From Anthoceros angustus (lineage: Eukaryota; Plantae; Anthocerotophyta), in the NCBI GenBank assembly GCA_010909165.1, contig MU008198.1, positions 248,001-312,000 on the forward strand: a stretch of 64,000 nucleotides of DNA, given 5' to 3'. The notes under the pieces are model-generated. The model made no database searches and was not told the DNA's origin. It was given only the letters and a program-made list of their open reading frames with translations. The translations under genes were made by a program, and so were the position numbers. This document shows, piece after piece, positions 62,601-64,000 of the stretch. The stretch's first letter is position 1; every line of letters starts with the position of its first letter.

Positions 62601-63363
62601 CCATCCCTTCTTCCCACAATGTGGACTACGGACTCACAGGGATTAGAAATTAGGTACATAATGCCCTCATCAAATCTACGCACTTGATGACGGCGCAATC
62701 TCCTGGCGTCGAATTCCTACATGCTCATAGCTCCAACGTCCAAACAGATGCAGATTTCGCAGATCCTTCTCAGGCATCCAAGACCAATGATTTGGCTACG
62801 CGCCGCTCGATCTCACCAGCTAGATCAGCAGTCGTGGCGCCCTCGCATTTTGTGCCGATTGGTGGAGAATCGCCCGGGTGCGGGTGCATCGAGGATCATG
62901 GCGGTTTTTGGCCATGTATGTGCTCGGAGCCGCAGAATTGGTGCCCCGGCCCGAACTTAAATCGAGTTTCTTTTCGGTAGTTTTGACCCCGAATGAAACT
63001 CGCTGGAGTTTCTTTCACAGGGTATGAAAGCGGCTCCTCCGCTTTCTTCACATGTCCTCCTTGATATCACAGGGTTCACAGCACCCGAGCGAGGGCCCCT
63101 CGGTTAAGCTGGGACGGACTTTGGTATCTCGCCAACTCCTTATAAGTCGCCCCCTCTGCTCCCTACTAGAAAAGGCAGCCTATATTACAGCTCGTTGTTG
63201 CAATTTTATGTTACACTTCTAACTTGCAACATCATTTGGAGGCTTAGTATTAAGTTTGTCATTTCTTTCCCCAAGTGGGCCTACAATCTTAACACGAACT
63301 GGCTCTCTCTCCTACCACTTCACCCTCTTAACTACATCCCTCTCTCATATGCATTGTTTATGN

Positions 63364-64000
63364 GCCGCAAGCGATCGTGCCCGCGTTCGGGTTCGACATC
63401 GCGGGACAGAAGGACAACTTCGGCCTGCGGTTCGACGGACGGATCAAGATCTCGAAGGCGGGCAAGTACGAGTTTATGGTCGCGTCCGACGACGGATCGG
63501 CCCTCTGGGTCGACGGCAAAGAGATCGCGAGCGTCGACGGCGTGCATCCGCGAAGCGAGAGGCGGGAAGCGTCGAGTTGAAGGAGGGCCTCCACGCGATC
63601 GCGGTCGAATGCGAACTGGCCGGCGGCGAAGAACTGGAGGTCCGCGTGAAGGGTCCCGGTCTTTCCGAGACGGGTCTCGACGCGATTCTGTACGTCGAAG
63701 AAAACGAAGCCCGAGCCGAGCGACGAAGCCGGAGTTCAAGCTCGATCCGGCGCTCGCCGCGAAGGCGCCGAGGTCTTCGCGAAGCGGAACTGCGTCGCCT
63801 GCCATCCGGCGAAGAACGCCGACGGTCAGGATCTGGTTTCCAAGGCCGCCGTCAAGAAGCTCTTCGACCTCAAACCCGAAGGCGGCTGCCTCGCCGAACA
63901 GCCCGCGGCGGGACTGCCCGATTACGACCTGCGGGCGCCGCGCTCCTGACCGCGGCGCTGAAGACGGCGAAGGCTCGCGCGAACGAAAAGCCCCGGGGCG
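63364..64000 (+). CDS. Bacterial-type protein fragment: PA14 domain followed by c-type cytochrome motif (frameshifted, partial)
   Basis: DNFGLRFDGRIKISKAGKYEFMVASDDGSALWVDG...DGVH (PA14); later GAEVFAKRNCVACH (CxxCH at 63791-63805); abrupt GC rise after the N at 63363. Confidence 0.8.

Noticed and set aside
61860-63180. Acidic low-complexity minus-strand ORF pieces and a CCCTACTAGAAAA CACTA-like motif at 63161
   Set aside because: No recognisable domain and no partner TIR; insufficient support for a call.
63364-64000. Horizontal gene transfer of a bacterial gene into the host
   Set aside because: The junction is an N and the gene starts mid-domain; a chimeric join is more parsimonious.

Overview
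Eukaryotic, probably streptophyte (plant or charophyte-like) genomic DNA with many indels and staggered local duplications in the first ~27 kb, as expected from a noisy long-read consensus. Bases 1-31.3 kb are a three-level TE nest. The outer element has inverted-repeat ends and carries an intron-containing gene resembling a ParB/Srx domain fused to a beta-class DNA amino-methyltransferase. That gene is interrupted by a minus-strand Ty1/copia element (about 165-bp LTRs, GGATA target duplication, iMet PBS). The copia is in turn interrupted by a plus-strand Athila/Tat-like Ty3/gypsy element whose ~4.4-kb LTRs appear to contain a long ORF. Bases 31.4-37 kb hold an intron-rich degenerate gene ending at a CACTA-like terminus. 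Bases 43.6-59.6 kb hold host genes: a mitochondrial calcium uniporter, a Pro/Ala-rich protein with an internally duplicated unknown domain, an O-fucosyltransferase, and a spliced membrane protein with a (PPPVEDPNQF)n insert. A non-autonomous relative of the outer element lies at 52.6-54.2 kb. After a single N at 63363 the sequence switches to GC-rich bacterial-looking DNA (PA14 domain plus CxxCH cytochrome c), most likely a chimeric join. The best candidate for a novel system is the ParB-methyltransferase-like cargo gene together with its recurring GTGCGCAAAC..GTTTGCGCAC palindromes. All family assignments come from motif recognition by eye, not from database searches.
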